Assembly: GCA_002269645.1 (NCBI GenBank)
Contig: NIVC01000694.1
Location: 186,001-250,000 of the forward strand
Source of the DNA: Macrostomum lignano
Taxonomy: Eukaryota
Direction: 5' to 3'
Length of the DNA stretch: 64,000 bases
Part shown: positions 45,201 through 57,970 of the stretch, one piece after another
Layout: each line of letters begins with the position of its first letter
Position numbering within the stretch: position 1 is the first letter of the stretch
Made by a program: the position numbers and the translations under genes
Notes under the pieces: generated by a model
Databases searched by the model: none
Told to the model about the DNA's origin: nothing
Seen by the model: only the letters and a program-made list of their open reading frames with translations

Positions 45201-48200
45201 AGCACTGGAAAGCGCCAGCTCAGGTCAAAGTTGCAGCAGGTCAAGGTGTTACAGCACATCACGGGCGCCACTTACGATTCAGACTTGAAGCTCGGCAGAG
45301 CCGTTGATCGATTTCGCATCGTTCTGAAATTGATGGACGAAATTAATGGTCAAGAAAGCCTCCACAGAAACTTTGTACTTAGGAAATGTAGGTTCGGTGC
45401 GGGTGCACTTTTATAAAAAAAGCGGTGGCGAGTACAAAATTGGCAAGAAACTACATGCACAATAGAACATGGCATCTGCAGGTGCTTCAGCAAGTTGTTA
45501 AAACAATGGGGTTAATTATTGAACTGTCGCTATTCGATAAAAGTCAAGCATTCAGCCCTCAGACTGAATGGTCTGACCGGCACCGCCACCCACAGGAAAG
45601 CAGCGAGTGTTCCACGTCACCAAGGAACCGCCACCGGGTCGGAGACAGTAAGCTGTTATTCAGGGAGGCGCGAGTTAAGGACCCCGAAAATTTTCAAGGG
45701 CGTATTTTGGAGGAAACTGTTTCCGAGGAAGTTTTTCGCCTCTGCTTCCGAATTTTGCTGCTGGCGGAAAGTACCGAAAGATTCTGAAGCCGGCATCCAG
45801 GTGAAAGTTTGGCGAAATTTCCGCCGAGCGGGAGCGCTCGAAGTAGCGCAGGTATTGATAGATTGGCAGCTTGCTGATGACGCTCCGCTCCCACAGGTGC
45901 GGCTGCGGGACGGCGGAGTCCGCACCTGCGGCGGCGGTGGCGGCGGCTCCGCCCGGCTTCTCCCGAGGCTTCTCAGCTTCGGCCTCAGCGGGACCAGCAG
46001 CGGCGGAGTCGGCAGCGCTAGAACAGCAAACAACCGGCGGAGCGAGCGTGGAAGAGGCGCCCATTGTGCGGCTTCAGCTCTAACTGTCTATCAAGTGTGG
46101 CCGAGAACGGGAGCAGAGAGAGAGGCGCGGGGGGGGGGGGGAGGCGCCCCGGCCTCTCAAACACAGCAAAAATCGGCATGCAATTCACAGACTGGGGAGG
46201 CTGCACAGCAGCTGGGTGCGATAGCGGCATCAGAACTGGCTAAACAGGCTGCTAGCATGGGTGAACAGGTGAGAAACACAAAAAAGGAAAATCGGTAAGG
46301 AAAGGCGATTACCCCTTCTCCTGGTGCTCAGATTCAAGATGCTCTAACCTGCTGAGCTTCATGTCCAGCTCTGCAATCTGCGCATCGCGCTTTTTCAGCA
46401 CCTCCTTGAGCGCCGTGTCCCGATTCATCAGCTCGGCCAGCTCCTTCTTGCACTTTCTGCGGAGCCACAGGCGGAAGAGGAATGAAAGCATCAGTGAATA
46501 TGAGCCTCAGAATACATAGTCCCAGAGTCTCATAGTCCCAGAGTCTCATAGTCCCAGAGTCTCATAGTCCCAGAGTCTCATAGTCCCAGAGTCTCATAGT
46601 CCCAGAGTCTCATAGTCCCAGAGTCTCATAGTCCCAGAGTCTCATAGTCCCAGAGTCTCATAGTCCCAGAGTCTCATAGTCCCAGAGTCTCATAGTCCCA
46701 GAGTCTCATAGTCCCAGAGTCTCATAGTCCCAGAGTCTCATAGTCCCAGAGTCTCATAGTCCCAGAGTCTCATAGTCCTAGAGTCTCATAGTCCCAGAGT
46801 CTCATAGTCCCAGAGTCTCATAGTCTCAGAGTCTCATAGTCCCAGAGTCTCATAGTCCCAGAGTCTCATAGTCCCAGAGTCTCATAGTCCCAGAGTCTCA
46901 TAGTCCCAGAGTCTCACAGTCCCAGAGTCTCATAGTCCCAGATTCTCGCAGTCCCAGAATCTCATAGTCCTAGATTCTCATAGTCCCATAGTCTCATAGT
47001 CCTAGAGTCCCATAGTCCCAGAATCTCATAGTCCTAGATTCTCATAGTCCCATAGTCTCATAGTCCTAGAGTCCCATAGTCCCAGAATCTCATAGTCCTA
47101 GATTCTCATAGTCCCATAGTCTCATAGTCCTAGAGTCCCATAGTCCCAGAGTCTCATAGTCCCAGAGTCGTATACAATATATCTCGGAATAGTATTACCG
47201 AATTGTAATTTGTTTTAAAAATTTCGAATAGTTACGTGGTGAACTTCTTCGATTATAAATTATAAATTATCAGCAATAAAGTAAGATTAACTTGGCCTCA
47301 TAGTACCTGCGACTCATATTATAATTGATAAGATATAATAAATAAATCGAAAATCTCTCACAAAAAAAGAGCCGCAGGGCGAGCACTCACATGAGCTCCT
47401 GCTCCAGGTCGTGCACCCGGTTACTGGGGTCCAGCAGCGAGTCGTCCGACTGAGAGCTGCTGAAGTTAAAAGGGTTGAGAAGGGACGGCCCAAGCCAATG
47501 AGATTCGCAATGAGATCCTTAACGAGATTCTTAATAAGATTCATAATGAGACTCCCAATGAGATTCTTAATGGGATTCCCAATGAGATTCCCTATGAGAT
47601 TCTCAATAAGATTTGCAATTAGATTTGTAATGTGTTTTCCAATGAGATTCTTGAGATTCCCAATGAGATTCCCAATGAGATTCTTAATAAGGTTTGCAAT
47701 TAGATTTGTAATGTGTTTTCCAATGAGATTCTTGAGATTCCCAATGAGATTCCCAATGAGATTCTCAATAAGATTTGAAATGAGATTCCCAATCAGATTC
47801 CCAATCAGATTCCCAATGAGATTCCTAATGAGATTCCCAATCAGATTCCCAATGAGATTCCCAATGAGATTCTCAATAAGATTTGCAATTAGATTTGTAA
47901 CGTGTTTTCCAATGAGATTCTTGAGATTCCCAATGAGATTCCCAATGAGATTCCCAATGAGATTCTCAATAAGTTTTGCAATTAGATTTGTAATGTGTTT
48001 TCCAATGAGATTCTTGAGATTCCCAATGAGATTCCCAATGAGATTCTCAATAAGGTTTGCAATTAGATTTGTAATGTGTTTTCCAATGAGATTCTTGAGA
48101 TTCCCAATGAGATTCCCAATGAGATTCTTAATAAGGTTTGCAATTAGATTTGTAATGTGTTTTCCAATGAGATTCTTGAGATTCCCAATGAGATTCCCAA

Positions 48201-51200
48201 TGAGATTCTCAATAAGATTTGAAATGAGATTCCCAATCAGATTCCCAATCAGATTCCCAATGAGATTCCTAATGAGATTCCCAATGAGATTCCCAATGAG
48301 ATTCCCAATGAGATTCCCAATGAGATTCCCAATGAGATTCCTAATGAGATTTGCAATGAGATTCCCAATGAGATTCCCAATGAGATTCCCAATGAGATTC
48401 CCAATTAGATTCCCAATGAGATTCCCAATGAGATTCCCAATGAGATTTGCAATGAGATTCCCAATGAGATTTACAATGAGATTCCTAATGAGATTTCCAA
48501 TGAGATTTACAATGAGACTCCTAATGAGATTTGCAATGAGATTCCCAATGAGATTCCCAATGAGATTCCCAATGAGATTCCCAATGAGATTCCCAATCAG
48601 ATTCCCAATCAGATTCCCAATCAGATTCCCAATGAGATTCCGAATGAGATTTACAATGAGATTCCCAATGAGATTCCCAATGAGATTCCCAATGAGATTC
48701 CCAATCAGATTTCCAATCAGATTCCCAATCAGATTCCCAATCAGATTTCCAATCAGATTCCCAATCAGATTCCCAATCAGATTTCCAATCAGATTCCCAA
48801 TCAGATTCCCAATCAGATTTCCAATCAGATTCCCAATCAGATTCCCAATCAGATTCCCAATCAGATTCCCAATCAGATTCTCAATAAGATTCCCAATGAG
48901 ATTCCTAATGAGATTTACAATGAGATTCCCAATGAGATTTGCAATGAGATTCCCAATGAGATTTGCAATACCAGCGCGCCAGTCGCGCACTCGTTGCACC
49001 CAAAACAGCAGCGCAATCAAATTTCAAAACTCTCAGCTGTGCGGCTGCCACCAGGCGGAGCTGCCTGGCAGCTCCCAGGGACCTGCAGGGCTCAGGAACG
49101 CTGGGGGCCCAACCGCCTCACGGATAGCTTTAGCTTTAGAGACGGAAAAGAAGCGTTGGGAAGACAGCCGCGTCTGCTGCTCAATAGTCAGACGCAGAAC
49201 AAATTTCTGCTTGTGCAAACAACTGCGTCAGTGCAGGTCTGGCTGAATTCTGCACTGCAGTGCCGAGGCACTCCTGCTGTCTGCAGACGGCTGAGCCAGT
49301 TCCTGGACAAGCGAATCTGCCCCCTACCGGAGGGAATTACTCAGTAAACTTTGGAGAAATCGGCTTTGGGAAAGCGGCTTTGCAAGTCCCTGATTTCCTG
49401 TCAGATTTGTCTGCGGGGAGGGGCACTGACAGGGGGCTCTCGCAGGTCAGAGGGGGCACTGACAGGGGGCTCTCGCAGGTAAGAGGGGGCACTGACAGGG
49501 GGCTCTCGCAGGTCAGAGGGGGGCACTGACAGGGGGCTCTCGCAGGTCAGAGGGGGCACTGACAGGGGGCTCCCGCAGGTCAGAGGGGGGCACTAACAGG
49601 GGGCTCCCGCAGGTCAGAGGGGGGCACTGACAGGGGGCTCCCGCAGGTCAGAGGGGGGCACTGACAGGGGGCTCCCGCAGGTCAGAGGGGGCACTGACAG
49701 GGGGCTCCCGCAGGTCAGAGGGGGCACTGACAGGGGGCTCCCGCAGGTCAGAGGGGGCACTGACAGGGGGCTCCCGCAGGTCAGAGGGGGCACTGACAGG
49801 GGGCTCCCGCAGGTCAGAGGGGGCACTAACAGGGGGCTCCCGCAGGTCAGAGGGGGGCACTGACAGGGGGCTCCCGCAGGTCAGAGGGGGCACTGACAGG
49901 GGGCTCCCGCAGGTCAGAGGGGGGCACTGACAGGGGGCTTCGGCAGGTCAGAGGGGGGCACTGACAGGGGGCTCCCGCAGGTCAGAGGGGGGCACTGACA
50001 GGGGGCTCCCGCAGGTCAGAGGGGGGCACTGACAAAGGGCTCCCGCAGCAAATCAGTACTAACAGCAAGTTCCTGACGTCCTTGTTGCTGCTGTCGATCC
50101 CGGAGTCCTCGCTGCGCGGCTTCCCGCTGCCGCCGTTGGCCCCAGCCTGGAGGACCGGAGCGCCACCGCTGCCGCTGCCGCCGCCAGCGTAGGCGGCGCG
50201 CCGCTTTGGCGACTCGTCCACCAGACTGTCGTAGTTGAAGGCCTCAGTGTCAGAGCCGCCGGATTCCTCATCGTCGAGGTCCTCATCGTCGTCGAGGCCG
50301 CCAGACCGACGGCCGCCGCCGGTGCGGGCGACGCCGCTGGTGAAGCTCTGCGAAAGCGACAGGCCGAGGCGGCTGCCAAAGCCTGCGGCGGCGTCCTGCA
50401 CCTTGCGGATGACGGGCGGCACCCCGTTGCTTCCGGAGTGGTCTGCGGGGATGCGGGGATGGGAGCCGCCTGTAGCAGCGGCTGGCTGCAGGGTGCGGAG
50501 AGGCCAGAGCCATGGCATCTAAATTTGATCTAGATTTGATTTGATTTGTTTCCGGCTCATCTCAACTGCTTCACATCTGCTTCCAGTGAAAGCATTACTT
50601 TGTGTTGACAAATTGATACTTTCCCATCTCGGCAGGGAACTTTCTAAGAAACAGTTTGTGTTGACAAATTGATACTTTCCCATCTCGGCAGGGAACTTTC
50701 TAAGAAACAGTTTGTGTTGACAAATTGATACTTTCCCATCTCGGCAGGGAACTTTCTAAGAAACAGTTTGTGTTGACAAATTGATACTTTCCCATCTCGG
50801 CAGGGAACTTTCTAAGAAACAGTTTGTGTTGACAAATTGATACTTTCCCATCTCGGCAGGGAACTTTCTAAGAAACAGTTTGTGTTGACAAATTGATACT
50901 TTCCCATCTCGGCAGGGAACTTTCTAAGAAACAGTTTGTGTTGACAAATTGATACTTTCCCATCTCGGCAGGGAACTTTCTAAGAAACAGTTTGTGTTGA
51001 CAAATTGATACTTTCCCATCTCGGCAGGGAACTTTCTAAGAAACAGTTTGTGTTGACAAATTGATACTTTCCCATCTCGGCAGGGAACTTTCTAAGAAAC
51101 AGTTTGTGTTGACAAATTGATACTTTCCCATCTCGGCAGGGAACTTTCTAAGAAACAGTTTGTGTTGACAAATTGATACTTTCCCATCTCGGCAGGGAAC

Positions 51201-54200
51201 TTTCTAAGAAACAGTTTGTGTTGACAAATTGACACTTTCCCATCTCGGCAGGGAACTTTTCTAAGAAACAGGGCGGTCCTTCTCATAAAGTCGTCTCCGG
51301 CTCTGCAATCGCGAGTGAGGCTCGCCGTAAAAAGCTTCAAAAGCTCTTGAACTAATTAATTGGTCTCAAATACAACAAGTTTCTCATCGCTAATATTTGA
51401 AGCCGTGTGGGATTGCGAAAGCGGAACCGAATGCTCAACGGGTGTCGTCTCAGAAATCCTCATTTCCTGTCCAACTCAGGCAGGGGAATCAGCCAGCAAC
51501 CGGCTCAGCCAAATCCGCCTTAGTCAGTAGATTTTGCACTTCTAGCGGCGATCGTGTTGCTAAAAATAGCCTAGCACAGCATGCAAGCCGAATTAAGTTG
51601 AATAAAAGCACAGCAAACCAAAAGTAAGAAAGAGAGTAAGTTTTATGATCAAAGAGTTGGCGCGTGCAATCAACGGATTAATCGGGCACACGTGGGCGAC
51701 AATGTGCAGAGCTGAGCACGAAAGCTGCTCAACTCTTCAATTGATGATGGGAGGCCCAGCGCGCGGAAGGTGGGGCTCGGCTGGTTCAATGCTTTGGCCT
51801 AATTGGTTCATCAAGACTGCGGCTCTGTCCTGCTGTACAGGGGACAGGTGCGACCCCGCCAGCCCTCTGCCTCGTTGTCTGCCCGACAAAAGCTGAGATC
51901 GCCCCCCTCTTTTCCTTTTTGAGACTTTGGGCTGGCAGGGCAAAAGCTGGCTTGTTTACGCCGCGGAACAGATCGACTCCCTGCTCAGCCCTGCTTCCCC
52001 ACCCCCCTCTCTGCACTTTTTTATGACGGTCTTCGCCCTTCCACGTCCTTCCTAATCCTTTCTTTTCTTTTCCCATGCGAGCCGTCCTTCAGCGCGCAAG
52101 TTGAGCGCTTTGGGTGCGGGGTTGAGCAGTGAGCAAACAGGGGGGGGGCTGCTATGAAAGCCAAAACCAGCTTTGGGGCTCGCAGAGCAATCAGGACAGT
52201 CGGACACATTCGGGGGCAGGCAGAGCAATCAGGACAGTCGGACACATTCGGGGGCAGGCAGAACAATCAGGACAGTCAGACACATTCGGGGGGGGGGGCA
52301 GGCAGAGCAATCAGGACAGTCGGACACATTCGGGGGCAGGCAGAGCAATCAGGACAGTCGGACACATTTGAAGGGCAGGCAGAGCAATCAGGACAGTCGG
52401 ACACATTTGGAGGGCAGGCAGAGCAATCAGGACAGTCGGACACATTCGGGGGCAGGCAGAGCAATCAGGACAGTCGGACACATTCGGGGGGCAGGCAGAG
52501 CAATCAGGACAGTCGGACACATTTGAAGGGCAGGCAGAGCAATCAGGACAGTCGGACACATTTGGAGGGCAGGCAGAGCAATCAGGACAGTCGGACACAT
52601 TCGGGGGGGGGCAGGCAGAGCAATCAGGACAGTCGGACACATTCGGGGGCAGGCAGAGCAATCAGGACAGTCGGACACATTTGGAGGGCAGGCAGAGCAA
52701 TCAGGACAGTCGGACACATTCGGGGGATCAGGACAGTCGGACACATTTGGAGGGCAGGCAGAGCAATCAGGACAGTCGGACACATTCGGGGGGGGGCAGG
52801 CAGAGCAATCAGGACAGTCGGACACATTCGGGGGGGGGGGGGGCAGGCAGAGCAATCAGGACAGTCGGACACATTCGGGGGCAGGCAGAGCAATCAGGAC
52901 AGTCGGACACATTCGGGGGCAGGCAGAGCAATCAGGACAGTCGGACACATTTGGAGGGCAGGCAGAGCAATCAGGACAGTCGGACACATTCGGGGGCAGG
53001 CAGAGCAATCAGGACAGTCGGACACATTTGGAGGGCAGGCAGAGCAATCAGGACAGTCGGACACATTCGGGGGGGGGCAGGCAGAGCAATCAGGACAGTC
53101 GGACACATTCGGGGGCAGGCAGAGCAATCAGGACAGTCGGACACATTTGGAGGGCAGGCAGAGCAATCAGGACAGTCGGACACATTCGGGGGGGGGGGGG
53201 CAGGCAGAGCAATCAGGACAGTCGGACACATTCGGGGGGGGCAGGATTTTGGGGCTTTCAGCGCTGCTGCTCACCGCTGGCCGGGAAGCTTGACAGACTG
53301 TGCGAGACGCCCAGGTGGCCGCTGCCGCCCGACAAGCCGAGGTCAACTGAGGGCACGCCGGCTGCAGAGTCGGGTTGAGGGGGGGGAGGTGGCCCGGGGA
53401 TCAGGCGAATTCGGCAGCTCTTGAAATCCCCATCAGCCCCCAAGTCAAGCTCGCTGATCGGCACGCACCAAAGTGCCGTCACCTCATCGGCGGAGAAAAT
53501 TAGCAGAGTAATTATTTTAATTGCTTCCCGCCACCTCACGAAGTCCCTAACACACTGATAACAGCCGCCACCTCAAAAGCCAATGCAATCTCAGTAATTC
53601 ATTGCAGCCTCCACCGTGTTGACAAAGAAAGATTTGACAGCCGCAGCACACTTGCCAGTCAGCGGCTCCGGGCTGGGAGGGCTCGACGACAGCCCGACGG
53701 CCCCGGCAACTTCCGGCAGGAACTCGCAGTCAACCCAGTCTTTAGTGACTTCCGGTTTGAGTGCGGGCGGGAATTCGATCGTGTAAAAAAGGACAAAAAG
53801 CTCATAAAGCCAGAAGAAGCTCTGGCAAGATGATTCCCCCTTCGTACCCCCCTGTGTTTCACTCAGCATTTCTTTGGCTGGTTGAATCCAATCGGATGGA
53901 TGAAGTTGTTAAAGATTTCCAAAAGCATTTCCTGAAACTTTAATTTGACAACTCGAGTCTTTCATCCCGGATACGTGCTTCAGAAGCTGGACTGGATAAA
54001 ATTCACACTGCAAAATTTAAAAGCGTTTCTAAGAAATCCCGCTAACAATTTTCGGGTTTAATGCATTGTAACAAAGCAATTTGAATGCGCCTGATTCAAA
54101 CTGACTGCAGAGACTCACTCTCGTCTTCCTCCTCGATGGCGGACCGGGTCATCATCGAGGAGGTCTGGTCCAGGGTGCTCATCCGCGGCATTCGCCGACC

Positions 54201-57200
54201 TCCGGCGGCTGCTCCGCCCGCGGGCACTCGGCCGGGAATCGAGCCCAGGCTGCTGCTGCCGTTGAAGCTGCCGCTCACGTCAGGCGCAGATTCGCGCTGT
54301 GAAATTCAAAATGAGGATTGCCGAGGGTTGTGAGATGGCAGTGGCTGGAGCAGTGAGCTCATCGGTTACTATGCAGCGGCTATTAGCTGGAGTGCTCTTC
54401 CAGCACCAACAAATAATAATCATAATTAGTATGGGCTACACACAACTGATGGAAATCATTAACATAATGGACACTATTAACATATTAGCGTAACTTAAAA
54501 CACCTGCTAGAGTGCACCATGCAATCAGGATTAGCGGCTATTCGAAAGTGCAGCCCGAGTTCCCCGCCAACGGTAGGCTAGCGGAAAAATCGAAAACTGT
54601 GGGAATTCGAGTTTAAATAAATATTTGAGTGGCTTAAAGTGCCGCACTGCCTGCCAGTTTCTGTAGCTCAGGATTTGCAGATTCAGATTCAGGGTACCAG
54701 ATTCAGAACTTGGGACTCGAAATTTAGGATTCGGGACTCGAGATTTAGGATTCGAGACTCGAGATTTAGGATTCGGGACTCGAGATTTAGGATTCGGGAC
54801 TCGAGATTTTAGGATTCGGGACTCGAGATTTTAGATCGGGACTCGAGATTTAGGATTCGGGACTCGAGATTTAGGATTCGGGACTCGAGATTTAGGATTC
54901 GGGACTCGAGATTTAGGATTCGGGACTCGAGATTTTAGATCGGGACTCGAGATTTACCATTTTAGACTCGTGATTCAGGATTCGGGACTCGAGATTTAAA
55001 ATTCGGGACTCGAGGCTTAGGAACCAGGACTCGAGGTTTAGGATCAAGGACTTGTGATTTAGAATTTGGGACTCGAGATTTAAGATTTGGGACTCAAGAT
55101 TCAGGGTTTGGGACTCGAGATTCAGGTTTGGGACTCGAGATTCAGGGTTTGGGACTCGAGATTCAGGAATTGAGACTCGAGATTCAGGATTAGGGACTCG
55201 AGATTCTGGAATTGGGACTCGAGATTCAGGGTTTGGGACTCGAGATTCAGGGTTCGGGACTCGAGATTCAGGGTTTGGGACGCGAGATTCAGGGTTTGGG
55301 ACGCGAGATTCAGGGTTTGGGACGCGAGATTCAGGGTTTGGGACTCGAGATTCAGGGTTTTTTGGACTCTAGATTCAGGGTTCGGGACTCGAGATTCAGG
55401 GTTTGGGACTCTAGATTCAGGGTTCGGGACTCGAGATTCAGGACTTGAAACTGAAGATTTCATATTTGGGGGATCTCTCAGTCAGTGCCGCATCGTTACA
55501 TATAAATTAAAAAAACACGAAAAGCAGTTTCTGCCAAACGACTTCACCAGGCCTCAGCAGAATAAATATGCACACTGTAAAATGCCGCTGTGCAGGATAA
55601 ACATGACCGGTGGGCCTGAGGCTCGGTGGTGTAAGGGCTACAATTAGCAGCAGCTAGCGGTGCGGGCTAATCAGCTAATAATAACTATATCATCAGGGCT
55701 ATCGCAGCCAAAGCCACCAGGAGCACCGAAAGCACAACACGGGGGGCAGGTGGTGGCACCGATAATCACCGCGGCATGCAGGGGGGTTGCAGGGGCCAGA
55801 GGGGTCACTCACAGTCCATGAGTAGTGCCTGTCCGTGTTATCGCTGAAGCGCTGAAATATCAGTTTGCAGAGGAGATTCGGAGCTGGGAAGGTTAGGCCA
55901 TAGACTATAGTACATGGCTAGACTTATGAAGCGCTGAAGTCAGTTTGCAGAGGAGATTCGGAGCTGGGAAGGTTAGGCCATAGACTATAGTACATGGCTA
56001 GACTTATGAAGCGCTGAAGTCAGTTTGCAGAGGAGATTCGGAGCTGGGAAGGTTAGGCCATAGACTATAGTACATGGCTAGACTTATGAAGCGCTGAAGT
56101 CAGTTTGCAGAGGAGATTCGGAGCTGGGAAGGTTAGGCCATAGACTATAGTACATGGCTAGACTTATGAAGCGCTGAAGTCAGTTTGCAGAGGAGATTCG
56201 GAGCTGGGAAGGTTAGGCCATAGACTATAGTACATGGCTAGACTTATGAAGCGCTGAAGTCAGTTTGCAGAGGAGATTCGGAGCTGGGAAGGTTAGGCCA
56301 TAGACTATAGAGTGCATGGCTAGAAGTATAAAGAGCTGAAATCAGTTTGCTCAGTTAAGCCCAGGCTTTCAAACATAATTGACCCTGAAATAACAAAGCT
56401 GATCTGCCTGCAATTCTCAACAGTCCTCAGTGACCACCAATTTATGAAAATTGTACTTTCTGTGGCCATCAGACTGAGCAATTCAAGGTCAGATTCAACC
56501 CGGTTGGATAAAATAGCAGTCTGAGGGACGCATGGTCGCTACCAGTCTCCAACTGAACTCTCTGTTTCTCGTGTTCATTGCAATTGGCAGGAACGATACT
56601 CCTACAATCTACATACTCCTTCTATTGGCGGACACCTTGAACTGCTGTCATGAATCATTGGATTAACCGACATGATATTAATGCCACATACAGCAAAAAA
56701 CCAATCTGTAAATCCCGAGCCGGCTAAAAGTCTAAAGCCACGCGATACCAAATTTAAACCCACGCTTTGCCAGCAAATCTTCCAAAGCTTGGGCCCGCGC
56801 TGGGAGCTGCTCCGCTCTGCTCCCCTGGCCCGTGGCAACAGCTGGGGGCCGCCGCGTGTGCCGCGTACTGAGAGGTCGCAGCGGCTGACACCGGTGCGCC
56901 CCCCCCCGCCAGCACTTTCCACATGCGTGAACACCGGGGGGGGGGGCAAATCCCGATCGATAAGACAGCGAAATTGCCACCGAGTTCCGACCGTGGGGGG
57001 GGGGGCTCCTCAGCCGTGTGCGGCCGCCCCTGCCCCACCTCCGCTCCGGGGGCGGCGGCGTGCGGAAGCGCCCAGCCCGCAACTCGTCGCTTGCGCGAGA
57101 CAATCCGCCTCTTTCAAACAACTGCTTTTGTAGTTTCAGCCTTTCTTGGCCTTGTTGCTTTTGAAGCTCGAGTTCTTGCAGCGGCCGGTCGTAAAACGTG

Positions 57201-57970
57201 AGTAAATTATGGAAAGCCAGCCGGGGGTTCGAGGCCGTTGCGGTTCCGCTGCTTCCGGGGGCAATTTCCGCGGCACCTCGAGCTGGGGGCCTGGATGGGG
57301 CACTCGGACCCTGGGAGGAGTGACTGCAAAGCCCCAAGCCCCATTTCTCACCCGCTTGTGAGCCAGGGCGAGCTGCTTGCTCATCCGGCTGTTCTCGGGC
57401 TTGAGCTCCCGGCTGGCGAAGGCGTCCCGGTTGGCCTGCAGCGCCAGCAGCCAGATCATCATGGACTCGTGATTCTCCGCCTGCAGGATGAACTCCTTGC
57501 TGTCGGAGCTGCGGGCAGATTCGAATCGAGGACCTCTATAAGCTTTGCACTCCCAGTTTTCAGAAGCTCAGACACTAAGAATCTGGGCGGCCTGGATTAG
57601 CGGCAGCGCTCAAAGCAGCTCCCACGCCACCAAAACTGACTCACTTGATGACGAAGCTGTTTGGCTCCTCAAAGTGTAGCGTGATGGAGGCGCCGCGCAC
57701 GTTGATGGTGCCCAGCGGCTCCTTGTCCTTCTGCGCGGCCTCGTGCTTGTCCTTGTAGAAGTGCAGCTGGCACTTGCTCTCCTCGAACACATAGTACTGC
57801 GGCCGCTTGGACTTGAACCGGCTGAAGGCTGCAAGAGGTGGTGAAGGGGGGGGGGTCGGGTGAGTTTGAAGGCCGCGGGCTCAGCCTGCGGTGCAGCACA
57901 GAGGCGTCGGCAACTCACCGCCAGTGGGCTTGCTGTACAGCAGTCCGGACAGGGAGTGCCAGCCGGACAT
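39203..57970 (-). CDS. TBC1D2: TBC1D2/2B-like Rab GAP (PH, coiled coil, TBC) with a C-terminal JIP3/ARHGEF10-type WD40 region; 22 exons, ~1619 aa
   Basis: Exons 57970-57919, 57828-57645, 57508-57352, 54296-54119, 53361-53275, 50442-50078, 47449-47391, 46456-46349, 46017-45926, 45204-45180, 44795-44637, 44548-44416, 44048-43978, 43846-43660, 43435-43193, 43112-42459, 41979-41857, 41520-41362, 41274-41177, 41078-39603, 39528-39435, 39358-39203 sum to 4860 nt with compatible phases. PH: [48 protein letters not shown]. Coiled coil: [14 protein letters not shown]: [40 protein letters not shown]. The small middle exons and the ATG choice are less certain. Confidence 0.9.
44920..45165. repeat. 20-bp minisatellite (ggacagtggtaggacatgct)
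   Basis: About 12 copies ending ~15 bp from the donor at 45179. Confidence 0.94.
46515..47165. repeat. 16-bp minisatellite (catagtcccagagtct)
   Basis: About 40 copies; homogeneous left half, diverged right half. Confidence 0.95.
47490..48970. repeat. 12-bp minisatellite (agattcccaatg) with higher-order blocks
   Basis: More than 110 units; stop-free on both strands, producing 568-aa and 611-aa pseudo-ORFs. Confidence 0.95.
49420..50045. repeat. 33-34-bp G-rich minisatellite (ggcactgacagggggctcccgcaggtcagaggg)
   Basis: About 18 copies ending ~35 bp from the donor at 50077. Confidence 0.95.
50600..51270. repeat. 56-bp minisatellite, near-perfect copies
   Basis: Unit ttgtgttgacaaattgatactttcccatctcggcagggaactttctaagaaacagt, about 12 copies. 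Confidence 0.96.
52185..53245. repeat. ~38-bp minisatellite with variable poly-G spacer (ggcaggcagagcaatcaggacagtcggacacattcggg)
   Basis: About 27 copies; ends ~30 bp from the donor at 53274. Confidence 0.95.
54715..55445. repeat. 21-bp minisatellite (gggactcgagattcagggttt / -tttaggattc)
   Basis: About 34 copies with two sub-domains. Confidence 0.93.
55850..56345. repeat. 80-bp minisatellite
   Basis: About 6 copies (gacttatgaa recurs at 55921, 56001 and onward). Confidence 0.95.

Noticed and set aside
47314-49246. 568-aa (NLIG)n and 611-aa (RFPM)n ORFs on opposite strands
   Set aside because: Both arise from a 12-bp unit without stops; the minus ORF crosses the real exon at 47449-47391 in a different frame.
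50600-51270. CRISPR-like appearance of the 56-, 62- and 80-bp regular arrays
   Set aside because: Units are head-to-tail with no unique spacers and there are no cas genes; the context is eukaryotic.
53591-57337. Extra candidate TBC1D2 exons near 57170 and 53730
   Set aside because: Acceptor phases do not fit or lead to early stops; the model closes without them.
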